DNA from: a virus
Length of the DNA stretch: 64,000 bases
Strand: one strand, 5' to 3'
Virus record (IMG/VR): IMGVR_UViG_3300042862_000198
Coordinates: 32,001 to 96,000 of that record
In this document: piece by piece, positions 10,205 through 21,205 of the stretch
Layout: every line of letters starts with the position of its first letter
How positions within the stretch are numbered: the first letter of the stretch is position 1
Program-made: the position numbers and the translations under genes
Notes under the pieces: model-generated
What the model was told of the DNA's origin: nothing
Seen by the model: the letters and a program-made list of their open reading frames with translations, nothing else
Databases searched by the model: none

Positions 10205-10510
10205 ATGAAAGATAGTAAAAATCAAATAATTAGATCTATGAAAAGTTATGAAACAGGAGGATCATCAGATGACCCTTGTATGGAGACTGTTATGGTAGAT
10301 GGTTGGCCAAAACGTAGAAGAAGACCTAAATGTGGAAAAACTAAAACATTTAGAGTTAGAAGTGCTGGAGAAAAATTAGGTCTTGGTGCTAAAATAGCAG
10401 CAGGAGCAGGTGCAGTAGGTTTAGGTATTGCAGAACTTACAAATAAAACTGTAAGTAATATGTTTAAGAAAAAACAAAAAAAAGGAGGCATTATTAAAAC
10501 TAAAAAATAA
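10205..10510 (+). CDS. Small basic protein with GG motifs and a Gly/Ala hydrophobic segment
   Basis: SYETGG ... LGAKIAAGAGAVGLG ... KKGGIIKTKK*. Confidence 0.6.
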   Translation: MKDSKNQIIRSMKSYETGGSSDDPCMETVMVDGWPKRRRRPKCGKTKTFRVRSAGEKLGLGAKIAAGAGAVGLGIAELTNKTVSNMFKKKQKKGGIIKTKK

Positions 10511-10531
10511 AACTCTTATTTAAGCTATAAT

Positions 10532-10565
10532 AATCCAGGTAATTTAATTTATCTGGATTTTTTTT
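10532..10565 (+). terminator. Rho-independent terminator
   Basis: aatccaggtaa / ttatctggatt stem followed by a T-tract. Confidence 0.7.
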
Positions 10566-10596
10566 GTTTAAATATTTTTTATTTAAACTTTTATAG

Positions 10597-10604
10597 TATA
10601 TTTG
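10597..10604 (+). promoter_or_regulatory. Bacteroidota -7 promoter element
   Basis: TATATTTG between the terminator and ATG 10628. Confidence 0.5.
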
Positions 10605-10627
10605 TTTAAACTTTAAAAATATAAACA

Positions 10628-10897
10628 ATGGAAAATGTAAATCAACAAGAACAAGAATTAGATTTAACTCCTGAACAGTTAACAGAACGTAAGGAACAAA
10701 TGCTTTCTTTTTATACTGAATCTTTACCTTATTTAGAAGCTCAATTAAAATATGAAAGTTTACTAACTAGCATAGATGAAATAAGATTTAAAAGAACTAA
10801 TATTCAAATGCAGTATGCTATGTTAGCATCAGAAATGCAAGAAGGACCAGAAGAAGAAACTACTGAACCTACTAAAAGAACATTAAAGAAAAAGTAA
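10628..10897 (+). CDS. Hypothetical coiled-coil protein
   Basis: 89-aa ORF, first gene of its operon. Confidence 0.6.
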   Translation: MENVNQQEQELDLTPEQLTERKEQMLSFYTESLPYLEAQLKYESLLTSIDEIRFKRTNIQMQYAMLASEMQEGPEEETTEPTKRTLKKK

Positions 10898-10899
10898 TC

Positions 10900-11277
10900 A
10901 TGGCTTTAGTTAACCAGGTACAGAAACGTGTAAAAATGCCCAAGTGGGACATTGTTAAATTTCAGATTTTAACTCATTGTTATGTTAATCATATAACAAT
11001 GAGTGATTCTGATCTTAACTGTCTTACTCTATTAAGTTTTAACCAACCTATAGAACTTACTCATTTTTGTTATGATGCTTCTGCAGAAGATGAAAAAATA
11101 TTTAAATCTTCTCAAACAGTAAGAAATTCTTTAAATAAATCAGAAAAAAATAATCTTATAATAAAAGATGATAGTAATAAAAAAATTATAATGTTAAATC
11201 CAAGTTTAAAAATACAAACTCAAGGTAAAATATTATTAGATTATAAATTTTTAGATAATGATTCCGAAGAAGTATAA
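10900..11277 (+). CDS. Hypothetical protein, possible winged-helix DNA-binding
   Basis: S.QTVRNSLNK.EKNNLI.K resembles a wHTH recognition helix and wing. Confidence 0.5.
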   Translation: MALVNQVQKRVKMPKWDIVKFQILTHCYVNHITMSDSDLNCLTLLSFNQPIELTHFCYDASAEDEKIFKSSQTVRNSLNKSEKNNLIIKDDSNKKIIMLNPSLKIQTQGKILLDYKFLDNDSEEV

Positions 11278-11647
11278 CATATTATACAAACATGTTGCAG
11301 AAGAATTAAATATTAGTGAAACACTTGTTGAAGATGTAATTTCTTTTTATTATAAAGAAGTAAGACAAAATCTTAGTAATCTAGTTTTTCCAAGAATTAA
11401 CATTGAAGGATTAGGACATTTTATTATAAGAACTAAACTTGTTAGAAATGCAATACCAAGATATACTAATTCACTTGAAAATCATGATACATCAACATTT
11501 GCAGCTTATTATAATAAAAAAGGTATTGAAACAAAATTAGAATTATTAATAGAACTAGATAAAATAATTCAACAACAAGAACTTAAAAAAATAAATTTTA
11601 TAAAAAATAAAAATGAAAAACCTTTTAACAACTCTGTGGAAGAATAA
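11258..11647 (+). CDS. HU/IHF-like DNA-binding protein
   Basis: VAEELNISETLVEDVI...INIEGLGHF pattern. Confidence 0.55.
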   Translation: MIPKKYNILYKHVAEELNISETLVEDVISFYYKEVRQNLSNLVFPRINIEGLGHFIIRTKLVRNAIPRYTNSLENHDTSTFAAYYNKKGIETKLELLIELDKIIQQQELKKINFIKNKNEKPFNNSVEE

Positions 11648-11915
11648 AAAACAAATTCTAGAAGGAGTAAAAAATTCTATTATTAGAGATGAATTTGTAG
11701 AAGAAGTAGCAAGAATAAGATATGATATCTGTAATACTTGTGAACTTAAAGGAAAAAAATGTGCAGTAAAAGGTACTGCTCCATGCTGCAATGAATGTGG
11801 ATGTTCTTTAACATTTAAGACTAGATCTTTATCTTCATCTTGTCCTCATCCAGAAGGTGCAAAGTGGGAAGCAATTATGAGTCAAGAAGAAGAAGATAAA
11901 CTTGATGCATTATGA
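11613..11915 (+). CDS. Zn-finger protein
   Basis: R..IC..C ... C.ECGC....K.RS....CP...W. Confidence 0.6.
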   Translation: MKNLLTTLWKNKKQILEGVKNSIIRDEFVEEVARIRYDICNTCELKGKKCAVKGTAPCCNECGCSLTFKTRSLSSSCPHPEGAKWEAIMSQEEEDKLDAL

Positions 11916-12745
11916 GTATTACATTTAATGCCATAGATCATAGTTATAATAGTATAAACACTGAAGGTATAGACTGGATTAGTGTAACAACTCTTGTTTC
12001 TCATTTTAAGAAATCCTTTGATGCTAAAAAGGTTGCTGAAAAAGTTTCTAAAAATAAAAAATCTAAATGGTATGGTATATCACCAGATGAAATTCAAAAT
12101 ATATGGAATGCTGAATCTACAAGAGCAACTACACTAGGAACTTACTATCATAACCAAAGAGAATCTGATTTATGTGCATTAGCATCTATTGAAAGAGAAG
12201 GTTTTACAATTCCAATATTTTCACCACTACCAGAAAAAGATGGTATAAAATATGCTTCTATACAAAAGTTAGAACCAGGAGTATATCCTGAACATATGAT
12301 GTATCTTAAATCAGTTGGTATTTGTGGACAATCAGATTTAGTAGAAATAGTAAATGGTAAAGTAAATATCATAGATTATAAAACTAATAAAGAAATAAAA
12401 ACAGAATCATATACAGATTGGGAAGGTAAGTCAGATAAACTATTACCACCTCTAGATAATTTAGATGATTGTAATTTTAATCACTATGCCTTACAATTAA
12501 GTATTTATATGTATATTATACTTAAGCATAATCCTAAATTAAAACCTGGAAGAATATTTATCCATCATATTTCATTTGAACAAGAAGATGTTGATAAATG
12601 GGGATACCCAATAGCTAAACTTAATTATAATAATGAACCCATTGTAAAAGAAGTACTTCCAATTGCAGTTCCTTATCTAGTTGATGAAGTAATAAGCATT
12701 ATGCATTATTTGCATGATAATAAACATAAAGTAAAAAAGAAATGA
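11912..12745 (+). CDS. PD-(D/E)xK nuclease (exonuclease-like)
   Basis: SVTT, GT..H, GQSDLV, IIDYKTN, HYALQLSIY motifs. Confidence 0.8.
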   Translation: MSITFNAIDHSYNSINTEGIDWISVTTLVSHFKKSFDAKKVAEKVSKNKKSKWYGISPDEIQNIWNAESTRATTLGTYYHNQRESDLCALASIEREGFTIPIFSPLPEKDGIKYASIQKLEPGVYPEHMMYLKSVGICGQSDLVEIVNGKVNIIDYKTNKEIKTESYTDWEGKSDKLLPPLDNLDDCNFNHYALQLSIYMYIILKHNPKLKPGRIFIHHISFEQEDVDKWGYPIAKLNYNNEPIVKEVLPIAVPYLVDEVISIMHYLHDNKHKVKKK

Positions 12746-13257
12746 TTGTAAGATTATTTGATGTTCAGAATGGTGTGGTTATTCCTACAGAACATTGTTA
12801 TACACTAAAAGCCCTTAAAGATATAATGGATAACTATCCAGAAGATCATCTTAACATATATTTATATCTTTTTTATATGACTTGTCCTAATCCAGATTTG
12901 AATCCTTTTTTTCATACTCCTGAGATTGATAAAGAAAGTATTATTCTAAAAGAAATAAATGCTGAATTTTCTACAGAAGATGATGATATCTTTATTGCTT
13001 TACAGTTTTGTCAAAAAATGTATGAAACTCCTACATCAAGAGCTTATAAAGGAATGGCTTCTATGTTAGATAGATTAGCTAAATATATGGAGACTACACA
13101 GATTACAGCAGGAAGAGATGGTAATATTAATTCACTAGTAGCTGCAGCCAAAAACTTTGACCAGATTAGAGCATCATTTAAAGGAGTATATAAAGATCTT
13201 CAAGATGAACAATCTAGTAAAGTTAGAGGTGGAATTGGTATGGCTTATGATCAATAA
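12742..13257 (+). CDS. Conserved protein upstream of terL (possible terminase small subunit)
   Basis: Helical 171-aa ORF directly before terL, ending VRGG; the call is positional. Confidence 0.45.
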   Translation: MIVRLFDVQNGVVIPTEHCYTLKALKDIMDNYPEDHLNIYLYLFYMTCPNPDLNPFFHTPEIDKESIILKEINAEFSTEDDDIFIALQFCQKMYETPTSRAYKGMASMLDRLAKYMETTQITAGRDGNINSLVAAAKNFDQIRASFKGVYKDLQDEQSSKVRGGIGMAYDQ

Positions 13258-13259
13258 TT

Positions 13260-15461
13260 ATGAGTGAAATATATCAAGACATACCCTGTTGGGATAATGG
13301 TACATGGACAACAGTATCATTTGATTCTAGAGAAGAATTTTCTAACTCTATTGCTGAAATATTTTCTGAACCTGGAAAGTATAAATTTGATGATACAAGT
13401 TTTCTTTTTAATCAAGAAGCAGTAAGGTTTAGAGAACAAAATGTATATTGTACATTTCCATTTAGATCTAAAGATTTTATAAATTATTGGGACAATCAAA
13501 AAGAAAAATGCAGAAAAGGAGTGTTCTATATAAAAGATACCAAGAAATGGTATATTACAAGAGACTACTATATGTGGTTAAACTTTTTACCAATCTTTGA
13601 TAAAGAACAACAGAAGTTTGACTTTGCAAAAATTAGAGATGCTCAGTATCATATGGCACTATATGAACTACTTGCAGAACTTAATTATAAACATGTTGCT
13701 ATTCTAAAGAAACGTCAGATAGCATCTTCTTACTTTCATATATCTAAGTTACTTAATCAGCTTTGGTTTGAGTCAGGGGTTACACTTAAAATAGGTGCTA
13801 GTCTTAAAGATTATATAAATGAAAAAGGTTCATGGAAATTTCTTGCAGAATATGCTGCATTTTTAAATGAACATACTGCTTGGTATAGACCTATGTCTCC
13901 TGATAAAGTTTTAATGTGGCAACAAAAGATTGAGGTAAGAAAAGGGGATAGAAAAACAGAAGTTGGTCTCAAAGGTACAATGCAGGGGATGTCATTTGAA
14001 AAGGATCCAACAAATGGTGTAGGTGGACCAGTAAAATATTTCTTTCATGAAGAAGCTGGTATAGCACCAAAGATGGATCAGACTTATGAGTACATGAGAC
14101 CGGCAATGAGATCAGGTTTAACAACTACAGGAATGTTTATTGCTGCAGGATCAGTTGGTGATTTATCACAATGTAATCCATTAAAGGATATGATGCTTAA
14201 TCCTACATCAAAAGATATTTATGCTATTGAAACTGATCTTATAGATTCTAAAGGTACTGTAGGTTTGTCAGGTTTATTTATTCCTGAACAATGGTCAATG
14301 CCACCACATATTGATGAGTATGGTAATTCACTTGTAGAAGAATCATTAAAAGCTCTAGATGAACAGTTTGTTAAATGGAAAAATGAATTATCTCCAGAAG
14401 ATTACCAATTAAGAATATCTCAGCATCCAAGAAATATTGAAGAAGCTTTTGCACATAGATCTGTATCTGTTTTTCCTCCACATCTAGTAGCTGCACAACA
14501 AAGAAGAATTGAAGAAAAAGAATATTCATATGAATTTTTAGATATTTCTACAGATGAAAATGGAAAGCCTACTGTTAAACATTCTAATAAACAACCTATT
14601 AAAGAGTTTCCAATAACTAAAAAAACTGAAGATAAAACAGGAGTATTAGTTGTATGGGAAAGACCAATTAAAGATCCAACATTTGGACAGTACTATGCTT
14701 CAATTGACCCTGTATCTGAGGGAAAAACAACAACATCAGAATCATTATGTTCTATATATGTAATGAAAGCTCCAGTAGAAGTTACAAAAGTAACCGGAAC
14801 AGAGACAGAAACTTACATAGAACCAGATAAAATTGTAGCAGCTTGGTGTGGTAGATTTGATGATTTAAATAAAACACACCAGAGATTAGAATTAATTATA
14901 GAATGGTATAATGCATGGACAGTTATTGAAAATAATATTTCTTTATTTATACAGTATATGATATCTAGAAAGAAACAAAGATTCTTAGTACCTAAGAGTC
15001 AGATCATGTTCTTAAAAGATCTAGGTGCTAATGCTAATGTGTTTCAGGAATATGGTTGGAAGAATACTGGAACCTTATTTAAACAACATCTTCTTAATTA
15101 TGCTATAGAATATACTAAAGAAGAATTAGATGTAGAAACTAAAACAGATGGTACTATAGTAAGAACTAAATATGGCATAGAAAGAATACCAGATCCTATG
15201 TTATTAACAGAAATGAGAGAATATGCAGCAGGTGTCAATGTGGACAGACTAGTTTCTTTTGCAGCTTTAGTTGCCTTTATGAGAATACAACAATCTAATA
15301 GAGGTTATGCAAAAAGAGTTATTATGGATGATGCAGCAAAAAACTTGCAAAAGTCAGAAAATTTGTTTAAATTAGATAGAAGTCCGTTTCGTCACATGGG
15401 AAATAATAATCTTGCAAAAGGTAGAGGATTTAATAAATCTGCTTTTAGAAACTTAAAGTAA
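13260..15461 (+). CDS. terL: Terminase large subunit
   Basis: LKKRQIASS Walker-A-like, FFHEEAG Walker B, ASIDPV nuclease Asp, IENN and NVDRL motifs; crAss-type synteny. Confidence 0.9.
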   Translation: MSEIYQDIPCWDNGTWTTVSFDSREEFSNSIAEIFSEPGKYKFDDTSFLFNQEAVRFREQNVYCTFPFRSKDFINYWDNQKEKCRKGVFYIKDTKKWYITRDYYMWLNFLPIFDKEQQKFDFAKIRDAQYHMALYELLAELNYKHVAILKKRQIASSYFHISKLLNQLWFESGVTLKIGASLKDYINEKGSWKFLAEYAAFLNEHTAWYRPMSPDKVLMWQQKIEVRKGDRKTEVGLKGTMQGMSFEKDPTNGVGGPVKYFFHEEAGIAPKMDQTYEYMRPAMRSGLTTTGMFIAAGSVGDLSQCNPLKDMMLNPTSKDIYAIETDLIDSKGTVGLSGLFIPEQWSMPPHIDEYGNSLVEESLKALDEQFVKWKNELSPEDYQLRISQHPRNIEEAFAHRSVSVFPPHLVAAQQRRIEEKEYSYEFLDISTDENGKPTVKHSNKQPIKEFPITKKTEDKTGVLVVWERPIKDPTFGQYYASIDPVSEGKTTTSESLCSIYVMKAPVEVTKVTGTETETYIEPDKIVAAWCGRFDDLNKTHQRLELIIEWYNAWTVIENNISLFIQYMISRKKQRFLVPKSQIMFLKDLGANANVFQEYGWKNTGTLFKQHLLNYAIEYTKEELDVETKTDGTIVRTKYGIERIPDPMLLTEMREYAAGVNVDRLVSFAALVAFMRIQQSNRGYAKRVIMDDAAKNLQKSENLFKLDRSPFRHMGNNNLAKGRGFNKSAFRNLK

Positions 15462-15466
15462 AAAAC

Positions 15467-18217
15467 ATGCAAATAATAAATGCAATACAAGCAAAGAATG
15501 GAGTTAAAACTGAACAGAACAAACTTGGTACTGTTACACAACCTTTACAATTTATTTCTAAAAAGGATAAGACTCAAGAATGGGCAGCTTGGAATTTAGA
15601 TTGGATTGAATTACAAGGACTTAAACAGATCCGTAGAAATGCTAGAAGGTTAATGAAAAATTATAAACTAGCAAAAGGAATAATAGATAAATCAGATTAT
15701 ATTGTTGAAGAAAATAATGAATATAGAGATGTAGTAGAAATACTAACTAAAGAAGATACATCAGCTTTAGAATTAAAATTTTATCCAATAATACCTAATG
15801 TTATAAATGTTCTTGTTGCTGAATTTGCAAAAAGATCAACTAAACTTACTTATAGAGCAATTGATGAGTTTTCATATAATGATATGATTGAACAGAAAAG
15901 AGCAATGGTTGAAGAAACATTACTTGCTGATGCTCAAATAAAACTAACTGCTGCATTAATGGAACAAGGTTTAGATCCTCAATCTGAAGAAGCAGCACAA
16001 CAATTATCTCCAGAAAATCTTAAATCATTACCTGAGATAGAACAATTCTTTAAAAAGGATTATAGGTCTATGGTAGAAGAATGGGCTACCCACCAACATA
16101 AAGTTGATGTAGAAAGATTTGGTATGGATGAATTAGAAGAAAGAGGATTCAGAGATATGCTTATTACAGACAGAGAGTTTTGGCATTTTAGAATGATGGA
16201 AGATGATTATGAAGTAGAACTTTGGAATCCTGCTATTACATTTTATCATAAATCACCAGATTCAAGATATATTTCTCAATCTAATTGGGTTGGAAAAACA
16301 GATATGATGTCAGCATCAGATGTTATTGATAGATATGGTTACATAATGACAGAAGAACAATTATCTGCATTAGAAGCTATTTATCCAATTAGAGCTGCTG
16401 GATACAATATTCCTGGTATACAAAATGATGGTTCTTTTTATGATGGTACAAAATCTCATGAATGGAATACTAATATGCCATCATTAGGAATGAGACAATA
16501 TACTTCTTTTATGGGAAGCAATGCAATTAATGGTAGTGATATAATTTCTGAAATTCTTTTACAAGGTGATGAATATTTAGATGAAGGAGGAGAGTTCTTG
16601 TTAAGAGTATCTACAGTGTATTGGAAATCACAAAGAAAAATTGGACACTTAACTAGTGTAGCAGAAAATGGAGAAGTTATTAATGAAATTGTTGGAGAAG
16701 ATTATGTTGTTGAAAATAAACCTATTTATGATAATAGATTATTTAAAAATAAAACAAAAGATAATATAATATATGGAGATCATCTTGATTGGATATGGAT
16801 TAATGAAGTATGGGGTGGAGTAAAAATAGGTCCTAATATTCCATCATATTGGGGTATGAATAATCCAGGAGGCTTTACTCCTATATACATAGGTGTTGAT
16901 AAAATTAAAATTGGTCCTTTAAAATTTCAATTTAAAGGAGATTCAACATTATATGGTTGTAAGTTGCCAGTAGAAGGGGCAGTTTTTTCAGATAGAAATA
17001 CTAAGTCAACAGCTTTATTAGATTTAATGAAACCATACCAGATTGGATATAACATAGTAAACAACCAAATTGCTGACATATTAGTAGATGAGTTAGGAAC
17101 TATTATCATGTTAGACCAAAACACTCTTCCTAGGCATTCTTTAGGAGAAGACTGGGGGAAAGGAAATTTATCTAAAGCATATGTTGCTATGAAGAATTTT
17201 GGTATGCTTCCTCTAGATACATCTATAACAAATACAGAAAATGCATTAAACTTTAATCATTTCCAGAAACTAGATCTATCTCAGACTGAAAGATTAATGT
17301 CAAGAATACAAATAGCAAACTACTTTAAATCTCAGGCATATGAAGTAATAGGTGTTAATCCTCAAAGGATGGGACAACAGTTATCTCAAATGACTGCTAC
17401 CGGAGTAGAACAAGCAGCAGCTGCATCTTATGCACAGACAGAAGTATTCTTTATTCAACATTGTGATTACTTAATGCCAAGAGTTCATCAAATGAGAACT
17501 GACTTAGCTCAGTATTATCATTCAACAAAGCCATCATCAAGACTTACTTATATAACAAGTGCTGATGAAAAAGTTAATTTTCAAATTAATGGAACAGATC
17601 TATTAATGAGAGACTTAAATATTTTTTGTAGTACTACTGCAAATCATAGAGCTGTTCTTGAACAACTTAAACAAATGGCTATGACAAATAATACTGCAGG
17701 AGCTAGTATATATGATCTTGGTAAAATTGTTCAGTCTGATTCAATTGCTGAACTTAATACTGTATTAAAAACATCTGAAGAAAAAACACAACAGCAAAAA
17801 CAACAAGAACAGCAAGCTCAACAACAATTACAACAGGAGCAATTAGCTTCTCAAGAGAAACAAAAACAGATGATGATTCAAGCTGAAGCTGAAAATCAAG
17901 ACAAACAACTTCAAAATAATATTACTGTTGCTGAAATTAGATCAGCTGGTTTTGGTGCTGCTTCAGATGTTAACAAAAATGAAATGTCTGATTATCAAGA
18001 TTCAATGAAAGATATAAGACAGTCTGAACAGTATAGACAACAAACAGAACTAGCAAGAGATAAACAATCTAATGAGAATTTAAGACAATCTCAAAAAATG
18101 AGTATTGAACAACAGAAGTTACAAATGCAAAAAGAAGTTGCAGATAAACAACTTGAAATAGCAAGAATAAATAAAAATAAATTTGATTCAGGAAATGATA
18201 AGAAAAAGAAAAGCTAG
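15467..18217 (+). CDS. Portal protein
   Basis: 916 aa following terL; FYPIIPNVINVL..E and MKPYQI.YNIV.NQ motifs; Gln-rich coiled-coil C-terminus. Confidence 0.85.
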   Translation: MQIINAIQAKNGVKTEQNKLGTVTQPLQFISKKDKTQEWAAWNLDWIELQGLKQIRRNARRLMKNYKLAKGIIDKSDYIVEENNEYRDVVEILTKEDTSALELKFYPIIPNVINVLVAEFAKRSTKLTYRAIDEFSYNDMIEQKRAMVEETLLADAQIKLTAALMEQGLDPQSEEAAQQLSPENLKSLPEIEQFFKKDYRSMVEEWATHQHKVDVERFGMDELEERGFRDMLITDREFWHFRMMEDDYEVELWNPAITFYHKSPDSRYISQSNWVGKTDMMSASDVIDRYGYIMTEEQLSALEAIYPIRAAGYNIPGIQNDGSFYDGTKSHEWNTNMPSLGMRQYTSFMGSNAINGSDIISEILLQGDEYLDEGGEFLLRVSTVYWKSQRKIGHLTSVAENGEVINEIVGEDYVVENKPIYDNRLFKNKTKDNIIYGDHLDWIWINEVWGGVKIGPNIPSYWGMNNPGGFTPIYIGVDKIKIGPLKFQFKGDSTLYGCKLPVEGAVFSDRNTKSTALLDLMKPYQIGYNIVNNQIADILVDELGTIIMLDQNTLPRHSLGEDWGKGNLSKAYVAMKNFGMLPLDTSITNTENALNFNHFQKLDLSQTERLMSRIQIANYFKSQAYEVIGVNPQRMGQQLSQMTATGVEQAAAASYAQTEVFFIQHCDYLMPRVHQMRTDLAQYYHSTKPSSRLTYITSADEKVNFQINGTDLLMRDLNIFCSTTANHRAVLEQLKQMAMTNNTAGASIYDLGKIVQSDSIAELNTVLKTSEEKTQQQKQQEQQAQQQLQQEQLASQEKQKQMMIQAEAENQDKQLQNNITVAEIRSAGFGAASDVNKNEMSDYQDSMKDIRQSEQYRQQTELARDKQSNENLRQSQKMSIEQQKLQMQKEVADKQLEIARINKNKFDSGNDKKKKS

Positions 18218-18306
18218 TTTAGCTATATATTACAAAAAATTACTTTTTCTATTTTAAATTTATCAAGTTTAATTTGTATATTGAAGTATAAACAAAAACC
18301 AACAAA

Positions 18307-19560
18307 ATGAGTAAAGAAATTAATGACCTCAATAAAGAGGTGAAAGATTCTACAACGGTAGATCTAGTAGATGTAAATATTGATGAGTTATTTGGAGTAC
18401 CTGGAGCAGAAAATATAATGCTTCCAAGTAATGAAGAAGACAAACCAAAATCTATGTTTTCTAAAGAAAATGTAGATACAACGTTCCTTGACAACCCTGC
18501 AAGACCTTCTAATAAAATAGAAGAAGCAGAAAAGAAAGCAGAAGTTGATGAGACTATTGCAGAGCTTGATAACTTAATTAGTCAAGAAGAAGATGCTGGT
18601 AATAAAGGAAGACCAAAGATTGATAAGTCTGGTCTTTATGAATTAGCACAGAAAATGATTGAAGAAGGAGCTTTAGTTGCTTTTGATGATGATAAACCAT
18701 TAGAAGAATATAGTACTAAAGACTTTAGAGAATTGTTTGAAGCTAACTTCCAAGAAAGAGAAGACAAGATTAAAAAGAATGTTCCAAAAGAATTTTTTAA
18801 TTCTTTACCAGAAGAACTTCAAATTGCAGCTAAGTATGTAGCTGATGGAGGACAAGACTTAAAAGGATTATTTAGAACACTTGCACAAGTAGAAGAAATG
18901 ATTCAATTAGATCCTTCAAATGAATATGATCAAGCTGAAATTGCAAGACAATATTTGCATGCTACAAATTTTGGAACAGCAGAAGAAATAGAATCTGAAG
19001 TTCAAGATTGGAATGACTTAGGTAAACTAGAACAGAAAGCTAACCAGTTTAAACCAAAATTGGATAGGATGCAAGAAGAGATAGTTGCAAGACAGTTAGC
19101 AGAACAAGAACACAAGAAAGAACAACAAGCATCTGCAGCAAAAGCTTATACAGATAATGTATATAATACACTTTTAACAGGTGAGTTAGGTGGAATAAAA
19201 ATTGATAAGAAAATACAAAGTCAACTTTATTCAGGATTAGTTCAACCAAACTACCCATCAATTTCTGGTAAACCTACAAATATGTTAGGACACTTATTAG
19301 AAAAGTATCAGTTTGTAGAACCAAGACATGATCTTATTGCTGAAGCTCTTTGGTTACTTTCAGATCCTGACGGATATAAAGGTAGAGTAAGAGAACAAGG
19401 TAGTAAAGAAGCTACTGAAAAAACAGTAAGAATGTTGAAAACAGAGGAATCTAGAAAAAATACTCCTTCTGCCCGTGATGATGAGCAGGAAGATAGAAGA
19501 TCTAGCAAACCTCAAAGAACAATTCCTAGAAATACTGGAAATATATTTAGGAAATTTTAA
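18307..19560 (+). CDS. Acidic scaffold-like head assembly protein
   Basis: Very acidic helical protein between portal and MCP, as in crAss-like phages. Confidence 0.65.
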   Translation: MSKEINDLNKEVKDSTTVDLVDVNIDELFGVPGAENIMLPSNEEDKPKSMFSKENVDTTFLDNPARPSNKIEEAEKKAEVDETIAELDNLISQEEDAGNKGRPKIDKSGLYELAQKMIEEGALVAFDDDKPLEEYSTKDFRELFEANFQEREDKIKKNVPKEFFNSLPEELQIAAKYVADGGQDLKGLFRTLAQVEEMIQLDPSNEYDQAEIARQYLHATNFGTAEEIESEVQDWNDLGKLEQKANQFKPKLDRMQEEIVARQLAEQEHKKEQQASAAKAYTDNVYNTLLTGELGGIKIDKKIQSQLYSGLVQPNYPSISGKPTNMLGHLLEKYQFVEPRHDLIAEALWLLSDPDGYKGRVREQGSKEATEKTVRMLKTEESRKNTPSARDDEQEDRRSSKPQRTIPRNTGNIFRKF

Positions 19561-19588
19561 TTAGTAACAAATAAAAACAAAATAAAAA

Positions 19589-21205
19589 ATGGCAACTCCA
19601 GTAATGAACAATGGCATATTCCTTCGGGATACAGCCTATGCAGCTAGTTCCCATGTGGATTCTTACCACTTGGTGAACATGCTAAAAGACGCAGAACCAA
19701 TGGACTTAGGTCCAGTGGATTTATGGGCTATGTCCCAAAAGGTAGAAATGCCTCTTTATCAAATGTCCTCATTTGGTGGGAAAAATGTAATTAATGTAGA
19801 TAATGCTCGTGGAGAGTACAAATGGCAGACTCCTGTTGTTATTGACCTTCCATACATTATTGAAGACATTGAGTCAAGTAATACATTTAAAGGTATTGAT
19901 GGTGCAACATTCCGTATTAAACTTAACAGGAGAGAATTTGGACATGGTGATATTATCACATATGACAAATACAATGGTGTTGAGATGTACATTACAGCAG
20001 ATGATATCCTTACTTTAGGTGATGGATTTATCTATACTGTACAGTTAGTAAACAATGATAACTTCAAATACCTAGATAATAAGTATTTAGCTAATGGTAC
20101 TAAAGTATTCCGTAAGGGTTCTGCCCGTGGGGAATATGGAGAAAGATTCTCTGACATTACAACAAAAACAGGATTCCGTGAATTCTATAACTTTGTTGGT
20201 GGAGCAGAAGCTCATGTACATTATTCAGTTTCTTCACGTGCTGACTTAATGATCAAAGGTGGAATGAATGCAGATGGTACAGTTCCTGTAACTGAAATCT
20301 GGAGAACATTTGACAAATCAATTGATCCATCTATTTCTTCTTTAGAAGATATGGTTAAAGTAATGGGTAAAGATAAAGTTAAGAAAGCATTTGATAATGG
20401 TGACTTATCTAGAACTTTCCTTACTGGAATGGAAGCTGCACACTTATCTAAAATTGCTTCTGACATTGAGACTTACTTAATGTGGGGACAAGGTGGTAGA
20501 GTACGTCAGGATGGTCCAGATGATTTAAGGTTATCAGTAGGTCTTTGGAAGCAGTTGGATAACTCTTTCAAAAGAATCTATAACAAGAATAACTTTACAC
20601 TTGACCTATTCCGTTCTGAAATTTATAATTTCTTTAATGGTAAAGTTGAGTTCCAAGGTCCAGATCCAAAACGTTCACTAGTTGTACAAACTGGTATGGG
20701 TGGTATGCGTATGGTAAATGAAGCTATTAAAACTGAAGCAGTTTCTTCAGGTTTATTAATTCAAGCTGCAGACATAGGAGCTATCACAGGAAAAGGAATG
20801 GACTTGAACTTTGGATTTGCATATACTTCATATGTAATACCTTTCTTAGCAAATGTTAAGTTTGTGCTTAATCCAGCATTTGATAATGTTCATACTAATG
20901 ATATTGAAAACCCAATCATTGATGGTTTCCCATTATCTTCTTATAGCTTCATTATCTTTGATATCACTGATAATACTAATGACAATATCTTCTTATTGAA
21001 GTTGTCTTGGGATAATCAATTGAAGTGGTGGTACCAAAATGGAACTATGGACTATATGGGCCGTACACAAGGATTCCAGTCTTCAGGACAATTTAATGGA
21101 TACCGTGTAATGATGTCTCAAACAATGCCAGCTATTTGGGTAAAAGACCCAACTAAAGTTTTAAAGATTGTAATGAGAAACCCAATCACTGGTGGATCTT
21201 TCTAA
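19589..21205 (+). CDS. Major capsid protein (crAss-like)
   Basis: 538 aa, synteny, high-expression codon bias (cgt, ttc, aac), strong downstream terminator. Confidence 0.85.
   Translation: MATPVMNNGIFLRDTAYAASSHVDSYHLVNMLKDAEPMDLGPVDLWAMSQKVEMPLYQMSSFGGKNVINVDNARGEYKWQTPVVIDLPYIIEDIESSNTFKGIDGATFRIKLNRREFGHGDIITYDKYNGVEMYITADDILTLGDGFIYTVQLVNNDNFKYLDNKYLANGTKVFRKGSARGEYGERFSDITTKTGFREFYNFVGGAEAHVHYSVSSRADLMIKGGMNADGTVPVTEIWRTFDKSIDPSISSLEDMVKVMGKDKVKKAFDNGDLSRTFLTGMEAAHLSKIASDIETYLMWGQGGRVRQDGPDDLRLSVGLWKQLDNSFKRIYNKNNFTLDLFRSEIYNFFNGKVEFQGPDPKRSLVVQTGMGGMRMVNEAIKTEAVSSGLLIQAADIGAITGKGMDLNFGFAYTSYVIPFLANVKFVLNPAFDNVHTNDIENPIIDGFPLSSYSFIIFDITDNTNDNIFLLKLSWDNQLKWWYQNGTMDYMGRTQGFQSSGQFNGYRVMMSQTMPAIWVKDPTKVLKIVMRNPITGGSF

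Noticed and set aside
11912-12745. Cas4/CRISPR adaptation gene
   Set aside because: It lacks the four-Cys Fe-S cluster pattern and has no cas genes or array nearby. It is an ordinary phage PD-(D/E)xK nuclease.
13260-21205. Inteins or group I introns in terL, portal or MCP
   Set aside because: The ORFs are continuous and of ordinary size, with no intein splice motifs or homing endonuclease seen.
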